Shown: positions 8,576-18,183 of the stretch, one piece after another
Numbering within the stretch: the first letter of the stretch is position 1
How the letters are laid out: each line of letters starts with the position of its first letter
Virus record (IMG/VR): IMGVR_UViG_3300042297_000227
Span: 1 to 26,539 of that record
From: a virus
Taxonomy: Duplodnaviria > Caudoviricetes
DNA length: 26,539 nucleotides
Direction: 5' to 3' (one strand)
Made by a program: the position numbers and the translations under genes
Notes under the pieces: generated by a model
Told to the model about the DNA's origin: nothing
The model's input: the letters and a program-made list of their open reading frames with translations, nothing else
Databases searched by the model: none

Positions 8576-8878
8576 TTATGCAGCAATAGTAACTGTAGAA
8601 ACCGCCTTAGGCAATGTAACTGTAACCGGTGATACAGGATTTGATCCAGGAAGGTTCATTGATAATATCGCATCAGTTATAGCTTTTTGAACGCTACTGC
8701 CAACAGTGTCTGCAGCATGAGTCAAAGTCATTGTTGCTCCAGCTGCAACTGTTCCTGTTCCGCCAGCTATATATAGCTTTGTTGTTGTAGAAGCTGTTCT
8801 CAATACTGTTACTACAGTTTCTGTGTTAATAATAACAGGGTCAATATCTGTTACTGCAAATTGTATGTATTTTGCCAT
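8576..8878 (-). CDS. Small beta-rich putative capsid accessory/decoration protein, 100 aa
   Basis: Thr/Val/Ala-rich, with an A-rich leader. It is the last gene before the strong terminator of the capsid unit. Function is inferred from position only. Confidence 0.55.
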   Translation of the reverse strand: MAKYIQFAVTDIDPVIINTETVVTVLRTASTTTKLYIAGGTGTVAAGATMTLTHAADTVGSSVQKAITDAILSMNLPGSNPVSPVTVTLPKAVSTVTIAA

Positions 8879-8897
8879 TTTGTTTGTTTTTTAAAAG

Positions 8898-9638
8898 TTA
8901 TTTTTGTTTTGTTTCGAGCATCTTTAAAACTTCAATTCCGTCATCAGTAATTAAAAACGAGACTATAGCTTGCACCGGTTCTTCCCCAAATGGTATTGTC
9001 AACAACTTCTTTTTATTTGTTCCGATGTTGAAATAGATGTCCTTGTTATTGTTTTTAAGGACAAATGTACCATTTGATAAAGCCTTTGATGCAGTACTGT
9101 ATAGTTTTAATTGTGGGTCGTCAATTGCATCCATGAACTCTTCTGGATTGCGTTTGGCATATATCAATATGTCACGCTTAATCTCATCAGATGTCATCTT
9201 GTCTACATTAGCATTTGTCATCACACGAAGCACAGATTCGGCAGCGTCCATTGCAAGCCCTTTAGCGGCTATCAATGCGTCAACCTCTTTGTTTAGATTA
9301 TCAACCTCGTCCTTAGCAATTTTTTCAAAATCAAGTTCGAAAAATGTAGTTCCAAAAGCTGGATGCATTCTTAAAAAGTCCTGTAACACTGGGTTTGTCT
9401 TTGGAACAGATAATGACCCATCTGTGAATGTGACGTGTTCAAGGATGAAATGATCGTCCTGCTCATCAACAAATGGGCTCTTTTGGTTACGAGCATATCG
9501 CAACTCCCTGTTTACCTGTTTTACTTCATCCCAATATAATAGTGGGCTATTTTTAGAGTGTCTTGATGCCAACATAAATGATATTGGTGTAATGTCACCT
9601 TTTAAAACGTAAGTCTTGTCTTTTAATTCCTGTTTCAT
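8898..9638 (-). CDS. Hypothetical protein downstream of the MCP, 246 aa
   Basis: Clean ORF with an AATTAAATTAA leader and motif RELRYARNQKSPFVDEQD. Function unknown. Confidence 0.75.
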   Translation of the reverse strand: MKQELKDKTYVLKGDITPISFMLASRHSKNSPLLYWDEVKQVNRELRYARNQKSPFVDEQDDHFILEHVTFTDGSLSVPKTNPVLQDFLRMHPAFGTTFFELDFEKIAKDEVDNLNKEVDALIAAKGLAMDAAESVLRVMTNANVDKMTSDEIKRDILIYAKRNPEEFMDAIDDPQLKLYSTASKALSNGTFVLKNNNKDIYFNIGTNKKKLLTIPFGEEPVQAIVSFLITDDGIEVLKMLETKQK

Positions 9639-9660
9639 TTAATTTAATTTTTAAAGATTT

Positions 9661-9684
9661 AAAATACAGGGGCCTAAGCCCCTG
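9661..9684 (-). terminator. Hairpin after the MCP gene (probably a leaky terminator or mRNA stabiliser)
   Basis: Minus strand reads CAGGGGC-TTAG-GCCCCTG followed by TATTTT, an imperfect U tract. Confidence 0.65.
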
Positions 9685-9691
9685 CTATTGT

Positions 9692-11128
9692 TTAGTTTTT
9701 GAATAAGAAGAAGTTATTTGCGCCGAGAACACATAATGCTCTTTCGGATAAGAAGTTAACTCTCATAAAATCTTGATCACTTGTAGCTGCACCACCGGCA
9801 CCACCTGTAATCCAAGTTTTGTAACGACGATCTTCTGTTTCGCTTGCTCTGTATCGAACGTGCAAGAATGGGCGTTTAGCATTTTTGCCTAACACTTGAT
9901 CATATACGTTTGTAGAACCTGCTGGAACAAGGACACCGTTAATTCCGCCTGCTGTAATATCACCACGCAATGTAGCGTCGTTCAAATACTTCCAGTCAGT
10001 TTTGTAGAAATCGTAACCTCTACGGAATCCTGTGAATCCTAAGTTCAACGCCATTTCTTTATCGTTGTCAAACAAACCGTAGCTAGAACCGCCAGCACCG
10101 TAACTGTTTTGAGCAGCTAACATATCATCGATATCGAAGCTGAACTGACGATTTAAGAAGATTGCATTCTCCTGGATAGCACCTTGCTTGTCAAGACGTT
10201 GGATGATTGCATCAAAGTCATTTAATGTTTGCGGGTTACCGCCTGACCATACGTTACCACGGGCATTAACTTCAAAGAACAATCCTTTGGTACCTGCCGA
10301 TGTTGCTCCTGTTGATCCACCAGTGATTGTTCCGGTAGATGGAGTAAGAGTAGCATAAGCTCCAGAAGATGTTTCTGCAGGTACTCCTTCTACCATAGCC
10401 ATTTCAAGATAATCTTCAAAACGTAGACGTGTCTCGTGCTCTGATTTAATGTACCACAGATAACCTGTTGCTCCATTTTCAGATGCTACTTCAACCCAAC
10501 CGATTTGAGACATATCAGATCCTGACACTTGATAGTTATCTTTAATAATAATCGGCTTGTTATCAAAGAAATCATCTTTCCCCTCAAGAGACCCCTCCAT
10601 ACCACTTGTCCCCTTTCTAAATTCAGACCCATACACAAAAACAGTACAAAGATTTGTACTTGAGGTACCGGCAATTACATTTTGGCTGTTCTCATAAAAA
10701 ACTACCTTAAATGTAGTTGTGCCTACATCTGTAATTAATCCTTTATTTGTTGCTGTTCCGCTATTTTGAGATATAAATACGGTTTGCCCCTTTCGGAAAT
10801 TACATAATCCCCCAGTTTGAAGGTTAAATGTAACCTCTGTGCTTATAGCTCCTGCTGCATTTGTTGTCCATACATCTTTGTATTTTGTATGCAAACGACC
10901 TTGCTCTGACCATTTGATCATGTCTGAGTTAGTCGGCATCTCTGCTCCTACCATACGTAAGAATGATGCGATTGATCGATTACCATAACGCTCAAACTCC
11001 TTTTCGTAAGTATCTGGAAGATACTGATTCAAGAAGCTGAAGTCTTTGATATAATTTGTTTCTGAGGCCACCTTTACGGGGGCCGGAGTTATCCCGTATG
11101 TGGGTGCACTCGCTAATGTTCCTGCCAT
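9692..11128 (-). CDS. Major capsid protein, 478 aa
   Basis: Follows the portal and an acidic scaffold-like gene, and is followed by a hairpin. Motifs EFERYGNR..SFL, KWSEQGRLH, YGSEF.KG, LNLGF.GF.RGYDFYK and LSERALCVLGANNF match crAss-like capsids. Confidence 0.88.
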   Translation of the reverse strand: MAGTLASAPTYGITPAPVKVASETNYIKDFSFLNQYLPDTYEKEFERYGNRSIASFLRMVGAEMPTNSDMIKWSEQGRLHTKYKDVWTTNAAGAISTEVTFNLQTGGLCNFRKGQTVFISQNSGTATNKGLITDVGTTTFKVVFYENSQNVIAGTSSTNLCTVFVYGSEFRKGTSGMEGSLEGKDDFFDNKPIIIKDNYQVSGSDMSQIGWVEVASENGATGYLWYIKSEHETRLRFEDYLEMAMVEGVPAETSSGAYATLTPSTGTITGGSTGATSAGTKGLFFEVNARGNVWSGGNPQTLNDFDAIIQRLDKQGAIQENAIFLNRQFSFDIDDMLAAQNSYGAGGSSYGLFDNDKEMALNLGFTGFRRGYDFYKTDWKYLNDATLRGDITAGGINGVLVPAGSTNVYDQVLGKNAKRPFLHVRYRASETEDRRYKTWITGGAGGAATSDQDFMRVNFLSERALCVLGANNFFLFKN

Positions 11129-11147
11129 TTTTTAGTTTTTTTTGTTG

Positions 11148-12230
11148 TTAACGAATTTTGTTGCTTTTTATTCTAAGGCTATTACCTCTTTCGTCGTCTA
11201 TGGCGGTTACTTTAAATCCTTCCTTGCTTGTGACCTCAGGTGAGCGTCTCACTCCACCCATATCAATATTCTTCATCTCTCTTGTCGAATCGGAGATGGC
11301 GTCTGCCTGCCCCTGTTCGTAGAAATGCTTTGCGAATGCGTCTGGATTCATTGCGACCGACAATGACTTATGGTAAGCAGCAGCGTCTTTAAGGAACCCT
11401 TGCTCGTTGACGTGATTCTTAATAAAGTTGTTCACGTCCATCTGGGATTGCTTAATCTTTTCTGTATCGCCCGGTTTGTAAGCCAATTCCTTGCCATTGA
11501 TATTAAACTCAAAACCTTTGAATTTATCACTGAACAAGTCGTTTGTCTTTTGGACGAAATAGTCTGACTGCTTCTTACTATTCTCTTGAGAACTAGCCGC
11601 CTCTTGCATAGTTCTTTTATATTGCTCGTAAGATTCTCTCTCGTTACCAGGAACTGAGGCGTCGCTTGACCCAAGCGGCATCTTGTATTGTTCCTTTTGT
11701 TGGTTGAAAAACTTCAGAGCATCAGAAAGGTCTTTTTTCATTGCTATCTTCTTCTGTTTGATTTCTCTTTCGTCATCAAACTCGTCGTCATAGCTATACT
11801 TCTGATCTATCTCGAACATAATATCGTCCGGGTCAAGGTCAGGGTTATTCATAGCCATATACTCCGATAGCAATTTCTTTGGGTCCTCCTTTTCAAAGTC
11901 TCTGTTAACCTTAACAAAGTCATCGATCCCTCGTCCTGTATCCTTCTTAAATTTGAAGAATGCAGATACGTCTTCAGGGAGGTCCTCGTTAGCCTGGCGT
12001 TGAGATAACATCTCGTCGACAGAGCTAAACTCTTTATTGTATCTATCCTTAATATGTGTAAGAACTATTTTTTCATCAAACTCAGGTGCTGATTGGGCGA
12101 CCTCGGCTGCCGGCTCTTGCGGAGCAGCTGCCTGTTGATGTTCCTCTTCGTGCTTGGCTAGAAGCGATGCCTCTATCTCTTGCACTGATTTTTCTTCGTG
12201 CGGGACTTCCCTTACAGTTGTAAATTCCAT
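11148..12230 (-). CDS. Putative capsid scaffolding protein, 360 aa
   Basis: Acidic and helical, with a low-complexity E/A/P/Q N-terminus. Lies between the portal and the MCP. Confidence 0.65.
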   Translation of the reverse strand: MEFTTVREVPHEEKSVQEIEASLLAKHEEEHQQAAAPQEPAAEVAQSAPEFDEKIVLTHIKDRYNKEFSSVDEMLSQRQANEDLPEDVSAFFKFKKDTGRGIDDFVKVNRDFEKEDPKKLLSEYMAMNNPDLDPDDIMFEIDQKYSYDDEFDDEREIKQKKIAMKKDLSDALKFFNQQKEQYKMPLGSSDASVPGNERESYEQYKRTMQEAASSQENSKKQSDYFVQKTNDLFSDKFKGFEFNINGKELAYKPGDTEKIKQSQMDVNNFIKNHVNEQGFLKDAAAYHKSLSVAMNPDAFAKHFYEQGQADAISDSTREMKNIDMGGVRRSPEVTSKEGFKVTAIDDERGNSLRIKSNKIR

Positions 12231-12257
12231 ATTATATTTAATTTGCGTACAAAGTTA
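12231..12257 (-). promoter_or_regulatory. -7 promoter (TAACTTTG) with a short AT-rich leader for the scaffold-MCP unit
   Basis: TAACTTTG at 12257-12250 in the intergenic gap, then TACGCAAATTAAATATAAT-ATG (19 nt). No Shine-Dalgarno sequence. Confidence 0.7.
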
Positions 12258-12277
12258 TGATAACATTTGATTAACTC

Positions 12278-14707
12278 CTAACGTGGCTCAAAAGATGATA
12301 AAGAAAACCCATCAAGTGAATCCTCGGTTGACTCAAAGTCTGTAGGAGGTAGGTCCTTCTTACGTTGCTCGATCAACTTTGATTGCTGTGTTGCTTGGAT
12401 CTTTGTTCTATTATCTTTTGCGTCCTCCTTCATCTTATCACGCTTGTCCTGAAGTCCTGTCTCTGCGCCCTTTAGCTGCATATTGAACTCAAACTCTTTT
12501 GTCATTAACTGTAGCTTGAGCTCTGCCTCTGCCTTCATCTTATCCATATCAAACTGATGTTGGGACTGCATTACCTGCATCTTTACCTGAGCCTCTGCCT
12601 GTGTAGCCTGAGCCTTAGCCTGTGAAGCTGCCTGAGTTGACTGGACATTGCTCTGTGTTTGCATATCCATCTTCTGCTTCTCCTCTTCCATTCGCTGCTT
12701 GTCTCTGTCCTTACGCTTCTTCTTCAGCAACTCATTGGCCAGCTTGATGTTCTTCATCTCTCGAATATCGATAGCGTCCTCAAGATTGATCTGGCCTCCC
12801 TTGAGAGCCATCTGAATGTTCTGCTCAAGTATAGCCTTCTCCTCCTCGTCAGGTGCAACGTCAATGAATATCCCAAAGTCGTGTAGGTATAGGTGCTTGA
12901 TATCCTCAAGTGTAGCCACACTGTACTTACCTATCTGCATAGATAGCTCCTCCTTAAACTCAGAGTACTCCAACACGTCTGCGATACGACACGATAACGC
13001 CTCTGCCATACGCTTAGTAATAAACAGGCTGGCCTGTAAGATATGTCTTGTGGCGGTGTTTGAATTTGCCGCAGCTAGCTTCTGAACGCCTACTAATGCG
13101 TTGGCATCAGGTGTCGATCCGTCACGAGCCTCGTTGAGACCGGTGACATCACGTATCATGCTTAAATAATGATTATACGTATTGGCCAGGCTGCCTATCT
13201 TGTCCTGACCGCTGTTAGCCGTAAGCTGTTGGATAGGTATCTTGGCGTGATTGAACTCTCCGTCCTGGGTATAGCTTCGACCGATGACGCTACCTGTCTG
13301 GAAGTACAATCTAAGTGCATCCTCCGGGTTATATGCGGCACCTGTTCCTAGGTCTACCTCGTTGATACCGTCTGCGTCCAAGAACACACCGTCCGGCACC
13401 ATCTTAGACAAGACCTGCTGGAGTTTTAGGTGTGTCAATTGGATAAGATCGGCAAACGTAATCATACGTCTTACCAATGACTCTATTCCGCCTTTGTATA
13501 GTCTAGGAGCACAAAACACGTAGTTCGATAATGCATACTGAGAGGCCGACTGAGGGCGAACCATGTTCTTTGCCATCTCCCACTTCAACAGATACGAACT
13601 ACCCATCACCATTACGCCTTCGTACCACACATCGATACGTCTATCTATCCTTTCAAAGTTATCGTTTTGCTCAGGGTTAAAGTTTTCGTCCTTACGGATT
13701 ACCTTCTCCATCCCATTGTCTAATTTCTTTTTCTTGTAGACAAATTTCTTGTCTGTCTTATAGTTGAAGTACAGAAGTGTGACCACATCCCTTTGGAATA
13801 GATCGTTTCTGTATGTTCTCATTACGCCGTAGTAGTCATACCAAGCAGATCCAAGGTTTGATATCTCGTTTAGCTCGTCCTTTGTAAGGTCTGGCTTTAT
13901 TTTATACAGCTCAGATATTGGTACTTGCTTCACCTCTCCCCAATAGAACACGTCATCGAATGTAGGCGACTCGGTGTATGAGTACACGACATTGGCCGGG
14001 TCAACATAATCAATCTTGATTCCTGAGTTAGGGTAAAACATATGTCTGCACCCTCCGATACCTAGTACCGTTAAGTCATAGTCTACCTGCTTCTTTACTA
14101 GATCGTATTTGTTCTGCTGCATCACCGTATCGATGGCGACCTCCTCGGCTATCTCAATACTTGGCTTGTAGTTGAGCTGCATATACAGGTTCAACTCTTG
14201 CTTGTTCTCTGGTAATTGGTCTGGAGGTATATCAAATGCATCCACGCCAAAGTTTTGCTTGATCGACATCAGTGCATCCTTTGCGTACATATTAGCCTCG
14301 ACCATATCCTGGAAGGCGTTCTTTTTTTCTGCAGACATTATATCTACAGCCTCTGCCTTTACCTTGTAGATTCTTTCCTGCATCCCGTTAACAACGATGT
14401 CAACGAACTTAGGGATAACCGGCACAGGAGTCCAGTCTAAATTAAGGTGTGATAGGTCTCCCTGTGGGTCAAACGTAGCCTTATACTTGGCGATCGATTG
14501 CTCACCCCTTGCGTATAGTCTAAGTCTGTGGAAATCTACCCATTGATCATAGAACCTGCAGCTGTTTCCAGAACGTCTGAACCATTCGTATTGAATACTT
14601 TGGCCTATACGAAGACCGAACTCTTGGCTAGCCTTCTCAGCATCTGACACTAATACATTAGGAAACGTGATTGGGTTTATTATTACGTTCGGCTTAATAT
14701 CCTTCAT
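12278..14707 (-). CDS. Portal protein, 809 aa
   Basis: Directly after TerL. Motifs PVIPKFVDIVVNG and IRDVTGLNEARDGS. The long Q/E/K/M-rich coiled-coil C-terminus resembles podovirus barrel-type portals. Confidence 0.88.
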   Translation of the reverse strand: MKDIKPNVIINPITFPNVLVSDAEKASQEFGLRIGQSIQYEWFRRSGNSCRFYDQWVDFHRLRLYARGEQSIAKYKATFDPQGDLSHLNLDWTPVPVIPKFVDIVVNGMQERIYKVKAEAVDIMSAEKKNAFQDMVEANMYAKDALMSIKQNFGVDAFDIPPDQLPENKQELNLYMQLNYKPSIEIAEEVAIDTVMQQNKYDLVKKQVDYDLTVLGIGGCRHMFYPNSGIKIDYVDPANVVYSYTESPTFDDVFYWGEVKQVPISELYKIKPDLTKDELNEISNLGSAWYDYYGVMRTYRNDLFQRDVVTLLYFNYKTDKKFVYKKKKLDNGMEKVIRKDENFNPEQNDNFERIDRRIDVWYEGVMVMGSSYLLKWEMAKNMVRPQSASQYALSNYVFCAPRLYKGGIESLVRRMITFADLIQLTHLKLQQVLSKMVPDGVFLDADGINEVDLGTGAAYNPEDALRLYFQTGSVIGRSYTQDGEFNHAKIPIQQLTANSGQDKIGSLANTYNHYLSMIRDVTGLNEARDGSTPDANALVGVQKLAAANSNTATRHILQASLFITKRMAEALSCRIADVLEYSEFKEELSMQIGKYSVATLEDIKHLYLHDFGIFIDVAPDEEEKAILEQNIQMALKGGQINLEDAIDIREMKNIKLANELLKKKRKDRDKQRMEEEKQKMDMQTQSNVQSTQAASQAKAQATQAEAQVKMQVMQSQHQFDMDKMKAEAELKLQLMTKEFEFNMQLKGAETGLQDKRDKMKEDAKDNRTKIQATQQSKLIEQRKKDLPPTDFESTEDSLDGFSLSSFEPR

Positions 14708-16916
14708 TCTTTTTTATTTGGCTAACTCTACCAGAGTTGTCGTAAGTCGCAAAGTTAACGATTATTTTACTCTTTTTTACCTCGGGGACATACAGGTGGC
14801 GTTGATTTGCCATAATTGCTAACCCAGAACTTATGGAGGCATCATGCTTTGTTCTATTGTTGATATCAAACTTTGCCCAATCCTCAAGCGTTCTGATAAA
14901 GTACATCGATCCCATCTCGTCTGGATCTCGATATGTTCCTTCCATATCTAGCCCAACATACTTCTCAATATACGTCTGAATCGCATCGGCGTGAGCCTGC
15001 TTCATGTCCTCGCTGTTGTTTGGCACACCGCCTATCTCTCTTTCTGTCACAGATAGCTTTGCCAGAGGCTTATCCGGTCTGTTTGATGCAAACCTTCTGT
15101 AGCCCCTGTTCTTAAAATGATACAGCAGACGAGGCTTGTTATTCTCAGCCAGCACCGGCATCCCGTAAAAGAAACAGGCCATCAAAACATCTTCGAAAAA
15201 TATCTCTGCAGTCTGAGGACGTGCAATGTACTCAAGAAAGAACTCGTGGCTAGGTGCGTGTTCCATGTGGAACTTTGTCATCCCGTGCAGAGAACCGTTT
15301 GATCCGCCACCTCCGACAACACCTGAGATATCGTATGGGTCACACCCAAACGAACCTAGGTGCTCGTTGCCTGGGTACTTTGCCCCGTTGCGCTCAATAA
15401 CATTGTTTTGTAAATTAGCGTCAGGTATCCAGCTAACAAGGAACCTGCCCTTGGGATCTGGAGTCCATACAACCTTTGTATCCTTCTCGCCGTGCATCCA
15501 ACTAAAGTAGCCTCTTGTGAGGTACTTGCCCTTTATCAACCCGTCGTTATAGTCAATCTGTTGGTATATCTTGGTCAGATTAAATAATGATTCCTTTGAC
15601 TCGTCACGAAATGCGTGAGACTCTGTCCTTGGGTACTGCCTGTAAAACTCGTTCAGTGCGTCTGAGTCCGACTTTAATGCGGCAACCTCGTTGTTCCAGT
15701 ATTCAATCACCCCTATCTTTACCTTGTCGCCCTCCATGTTCTCTACCTCGGAGCCTTCGTTCACAGTCAATATCGGGAAACCGTACTTATCGATATATCC
15801 CTCAAAGTTCCACTCCATAGGTATGAACAGCGAGTAGAGCCCGCTCTTAGTCTGGCCGTTGGCACTTCGATTCCTTGGGTTAGAGTCCTCGTACATCTTC
15901 TTGTAGTTCGCACCACCCTTGGCCAATGCATTCGAGGTCGAGCCCATCATACACTTACCGATGATACGACTACCCAAACGTAGACAGGTCTTCCTTACAC
16001 GCCATCCGTTTAATATATTCTCAGGCTTGACAATCTTACCGGCCTCATCCTCGATCAATAGCTTTAATTTTTCACCATCATAGGCGTTGTCCGACGTGCT
16101 TCTCCAGTCGATAACTGTGTCCAGTCCTGAAACGGTTGACGAGTCTACATTGTACATATTCTTCTTGGTGATCTTTGCCGCTGGAACCTTGTACGATAGC
16201 TCCGTCTTTGGCTTATCCATACCATCCTGCACCGGCTTAAAGAAGAACGGGTAGTTCTGACTTATAGGCACCACCTTGTCCGTAAACATTGACTTGGCAT
16301 CCGGACCGGTCTTGGACATTATCCCTAGGTGACCGTTCTTTGTGAGGGTACCTGTGTTGACAACCTCGCACGAGGCCATATACGAGAACCCGGAACGTCT
16401 GTTCTTTAGATAGCACAGCCCAAAGCATCTATTGTCAGCCTTGCAGGCCTCCCAGTAGATGAAAAATATCCTGTTAGACTCACGGAAGTCTGGCAGACCT
16501 ACGTCGGTCTTGCTCCACTGCAAATACATCCAGTGCGTACCGGTCATATAGGTAGGGGTCTTCTTGTTTACGAACCAATGCCCGTACTCCCTTCGATCAA
16601 ACTGGTCTTCTATGTAGTTGACCCACTTTGACTTGAATATATTGTCCCTATCGTTCCATTCAAACATTGACGATATTGCCTTTAGCTCGTCTGGGTACTT
16701 CTCTACCGTCCATACTCCGCCCCTGTTCTCAACACTGTTAGGTACTTCTGGCATGGCAATCTTTACTCCGTTGATGTTGTATATATCGCCAATTGTTCCG
16801 TCCTTAGAGATTACGACAATGTCGTACTTCTCGTTGTACCCATAACCCCATTTCTTGCCCTTATTAAAGCTAGTAACTACACTCTTCTGTATGAGATCCT
16901 TCTCTATTGTATACAT
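14694..16916 (-). CDS. terL: Terminase large subunit, 740 aa
   Basis: Walker A-like LKNRRSGFS, Walker B LLIEDEAG, coupling motif GST, and nuclease acidic motifs FGCDPYD, LAENNK and HDA.ISSG. Confidence 0.92.
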   Translation of the reverse strand: MYTIEKDLIQKSVVTSFNKGKKWGYGYNEKYDIVVISKDGTIGDIYNINGVKIAMPEVPNSVENRGGVWTVEKYPDELKAISSMFEWNDRDNIFKSKWVNYIEDQFDRREYGHWFVNKKTPTYMTGTHWMYLQWSKTDVGLPDFRESNRIFFIYWEACKADNRCFGLCYLKNRRSGFSYMASCEVVNTGTLTKNGHLGIMSKTGPDAKSMFTDKVVPISQNYPFFFKPVQDGMDKPKTELSYKVPAAKITKKNMYNVDSSTVSGLDTVIDWRSTSDNAYDGEKLKLLIEDEAGKIVKPENILNGWRVRKTCLRLGSRIIGKCMMGSTSNALAKGGANYKKMYEDSNPRNRSANGQTKSGLYSLFIPMEWNFEGYIDKYGFPILTVNEGSEVENMEGDKVKIGVIEYWNNEVAALKSDSDALNEFYRQYPRTESHAFRDESKESLFNLTKIYQQIDYNDGLIKGKYLTRGYFSWMHGEKDTKVVWTPDPKGRFLVSWIPDANLQNNVIERNGAKYPGNEHLGSFGCDPYDISGVVGGGGSNGSLHGMTKFHMEHAPSHEFFLEYIARPQTAEIFFEDVLMACFFYGMPVLAENNKPRLLYHFKNRGYRRFASNRPDKPLAKLSVTEREIGGVPNNSEDMKQAHADAIQTYIEKYVGLDMEGTYRDPDEMGSMYFIRTLEDWAKFDINNRTKHDASISSGLAIMANQRHLYVPEVKKSKIIVNFATYDNSGRVSQIKKNEGY

Positions 16917-17197
16917 TACCTTGATTTACGTTCTGCAAAGCCTTCGTTTGACTTAATGTTATCAGGTACCGATGCGGTTGACATCCTGGACTCCTCCTCC
17001 TCTATGCGCTGCAAGATGCTGAACGAGTCCTCGATAGCTATACGCTTTGCCTGTGCAGCTGATTTTAACTTATCTGCAGACAGAGAGTCCTCTGCATCGA
17101 TACTGCCTATGATCTCCTCCTTGGCTACCTTGATAAGCTCCTTGATGGCGATACGCCCGGCCTTTATTATTTCCTTCTTTAAATCTTCGTTAGGCAT
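16916..17197 (-). CDS. Putative terminase small subunit, 93 aa
   Basis: Small helical protein coupled to terL by a TAATG overlap. The call is mainly positional. Confidence 0.55.
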   Translation of the reverse strand: MPNEDLKKEIIKAGRIAIKELIKVAKEEIIGSIDAEDSLSADKLKSAAQAKRIAIEDSFSILQRIEEEESRMSTASVPDNIKSNEGFAERKSR

Positions 17198-17700
17198 ATG
17201 TTCTTTGTAAACATTCTATAAAGTTTCTCACCCTCAATATTAAACTCGTACTCCGACTCAGGCTGGAACGACACAATGTCGCCAATCTCCATCCCCATAG
17301 CCAACATCTCTGTGTTAATGTAGGCAATCTCCCCCATAAGAGGCTCATCGGTAGGTCTGATAAAGCAATACGGGTCTGGTGCCATCCAAACATCGTCGTG
17401 CTTATACATAAAGTATTGGTCGTCAAAGATAAAGTACATATTATCCCTGAAGTACGACGGTCCGTTACGCTCACGACCCTTCATGTCGTAGTACTTCCTA
17501 AATGTGTTGTGATGTACAAGGAGGGTATCTCCTGGCACTACAGGCCCCTTATAATATACAGGGACTGATATTACCTTAGCCATGCGGTTGGTGGCTGTAT
17601 GGTCCTCCTGTGAAGCACTCAGGACTATCCCTGAGTCCGACACAGAGTCGTACCTATTACCCCCTACCGGTTCGGCTATAAAGCAGAACGGTGATCTCAT
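17179..17700 (-). CDS. GroES/Cpn10-like co-chaperonin with two tandem GroES-like halves, 173 aa
   Basis: First half: FIAEP..SGIVL..AKVISVP..VVPGDTLLV. Second half: FIRP..GEIAY..MEIGDIVSF..EYEFNIEGEKLYRM..NI. Confidence 0.7.
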   Translation of the reverse strand: MRSPFCFIAEPVGGNRYDSVSDSGIVLSASQEDHTATNRMAKVISVPVYYKGPVVPGDTLLVHHNTFRKYYDMKGRERNGPSYFRDNMYFIFDDQYFMYKHDDVWMAPDPYCFIRPTDEPLMGEIAYINTEMLAMGMEIGDIVSFQPESEYEFNIEGEKLYRMFTKNICLTKI

Positions 17701-17702
17701 AA

Positions 17703-17918
17703 TTAAAATTCTATATTGTACTCAATTGATACAGGCATAGTGTAGTTGAAAAACTTCCACGCCATTACCTCTTTAGCGGAGTTCTCTATCCATACCTTGA
17801 ACCCGTCGCCGGCGTTCTCGATGTTATGAATGATGAACTGGTCTTGCATAACCTTCTGACCGACGATGTAATGCATCGCCGTCTTATAGTCAGAACCTAC
17901 AGATATCTTTCTAATCAC
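17703..17918 (-). CDS. Small hypothetical protein, 71 aa (start corrected to GTG at 17918)
   Basis: MIRKISVGSDYKTAMHYIVGQ...WKFFNYTMPVSIEYNIEF. The GTG overlaps the upstream stop by 8 nt, whereas the track's longer start would overlap the neighbour by 83 nt. Confidence 0.65.
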   Translation of the reverse strand: MIRKISVGSDYKTAMHYIVGQKVMQDQFIIHNIENAGDGFKVWIENSAKEVMAWKFFNYTMPVSIEYNIEF

Positions 17919-18159
17919 CGTTGTGAACGATTTCTCCTGTCTGCAAATTGACCGTAATCTCTCCGTACTTTTCCTTGATTTGCTTCTGCACATCGCCGTA
18001 CTCGGTCTCGGCCTGATTGAAGTTAAACATCAGACGTGATCGGTCCGCCTTGCATCGCTCTTCAAAGATGATGTTTTCTGCGATGTCGTTTTTAAGGTCA
18101 AAAACTTTTTGTCTTGTGGAGGCTATCTGTTCTAGCTCTTCCGTTGTTACTGTTTCCAT
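17911..18159 (-). CDS. Small coiled-coil hypothetical protein, 82 aa
   Basis: AT-rich leader AATTAAAATAGAATAAA-ATG. Ends in KEKYGEITVNLQTGE. Confidence 0.7.
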   Translation of the reverse strand: METVTTEELEQIASTRQKVFDLKNDIAENIIFEERCKADRSRLMFNFNQAETEYGDVQKQIKEKYGEITVNLQTGEIVHNGD

Positions 18160-18183
18160 TTTATTCTATTTTAATTGTTAATG

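Noticed and set aside
9692-16916. Introns or inteins in terL, portal or MCP
   Set aside because: The ORFs are continuous and of plausible length, with no recognisable intein termini or homing endonuclease motifs.
7411-17474. Alternative-frame minus-strand ORFs (7411-7629, 10486-10674, 11432-11674, 16237-16428, 17190-17474)
   Set aside because: They are short, nested in conserved genes, and have no initiation signal or protein-like features.
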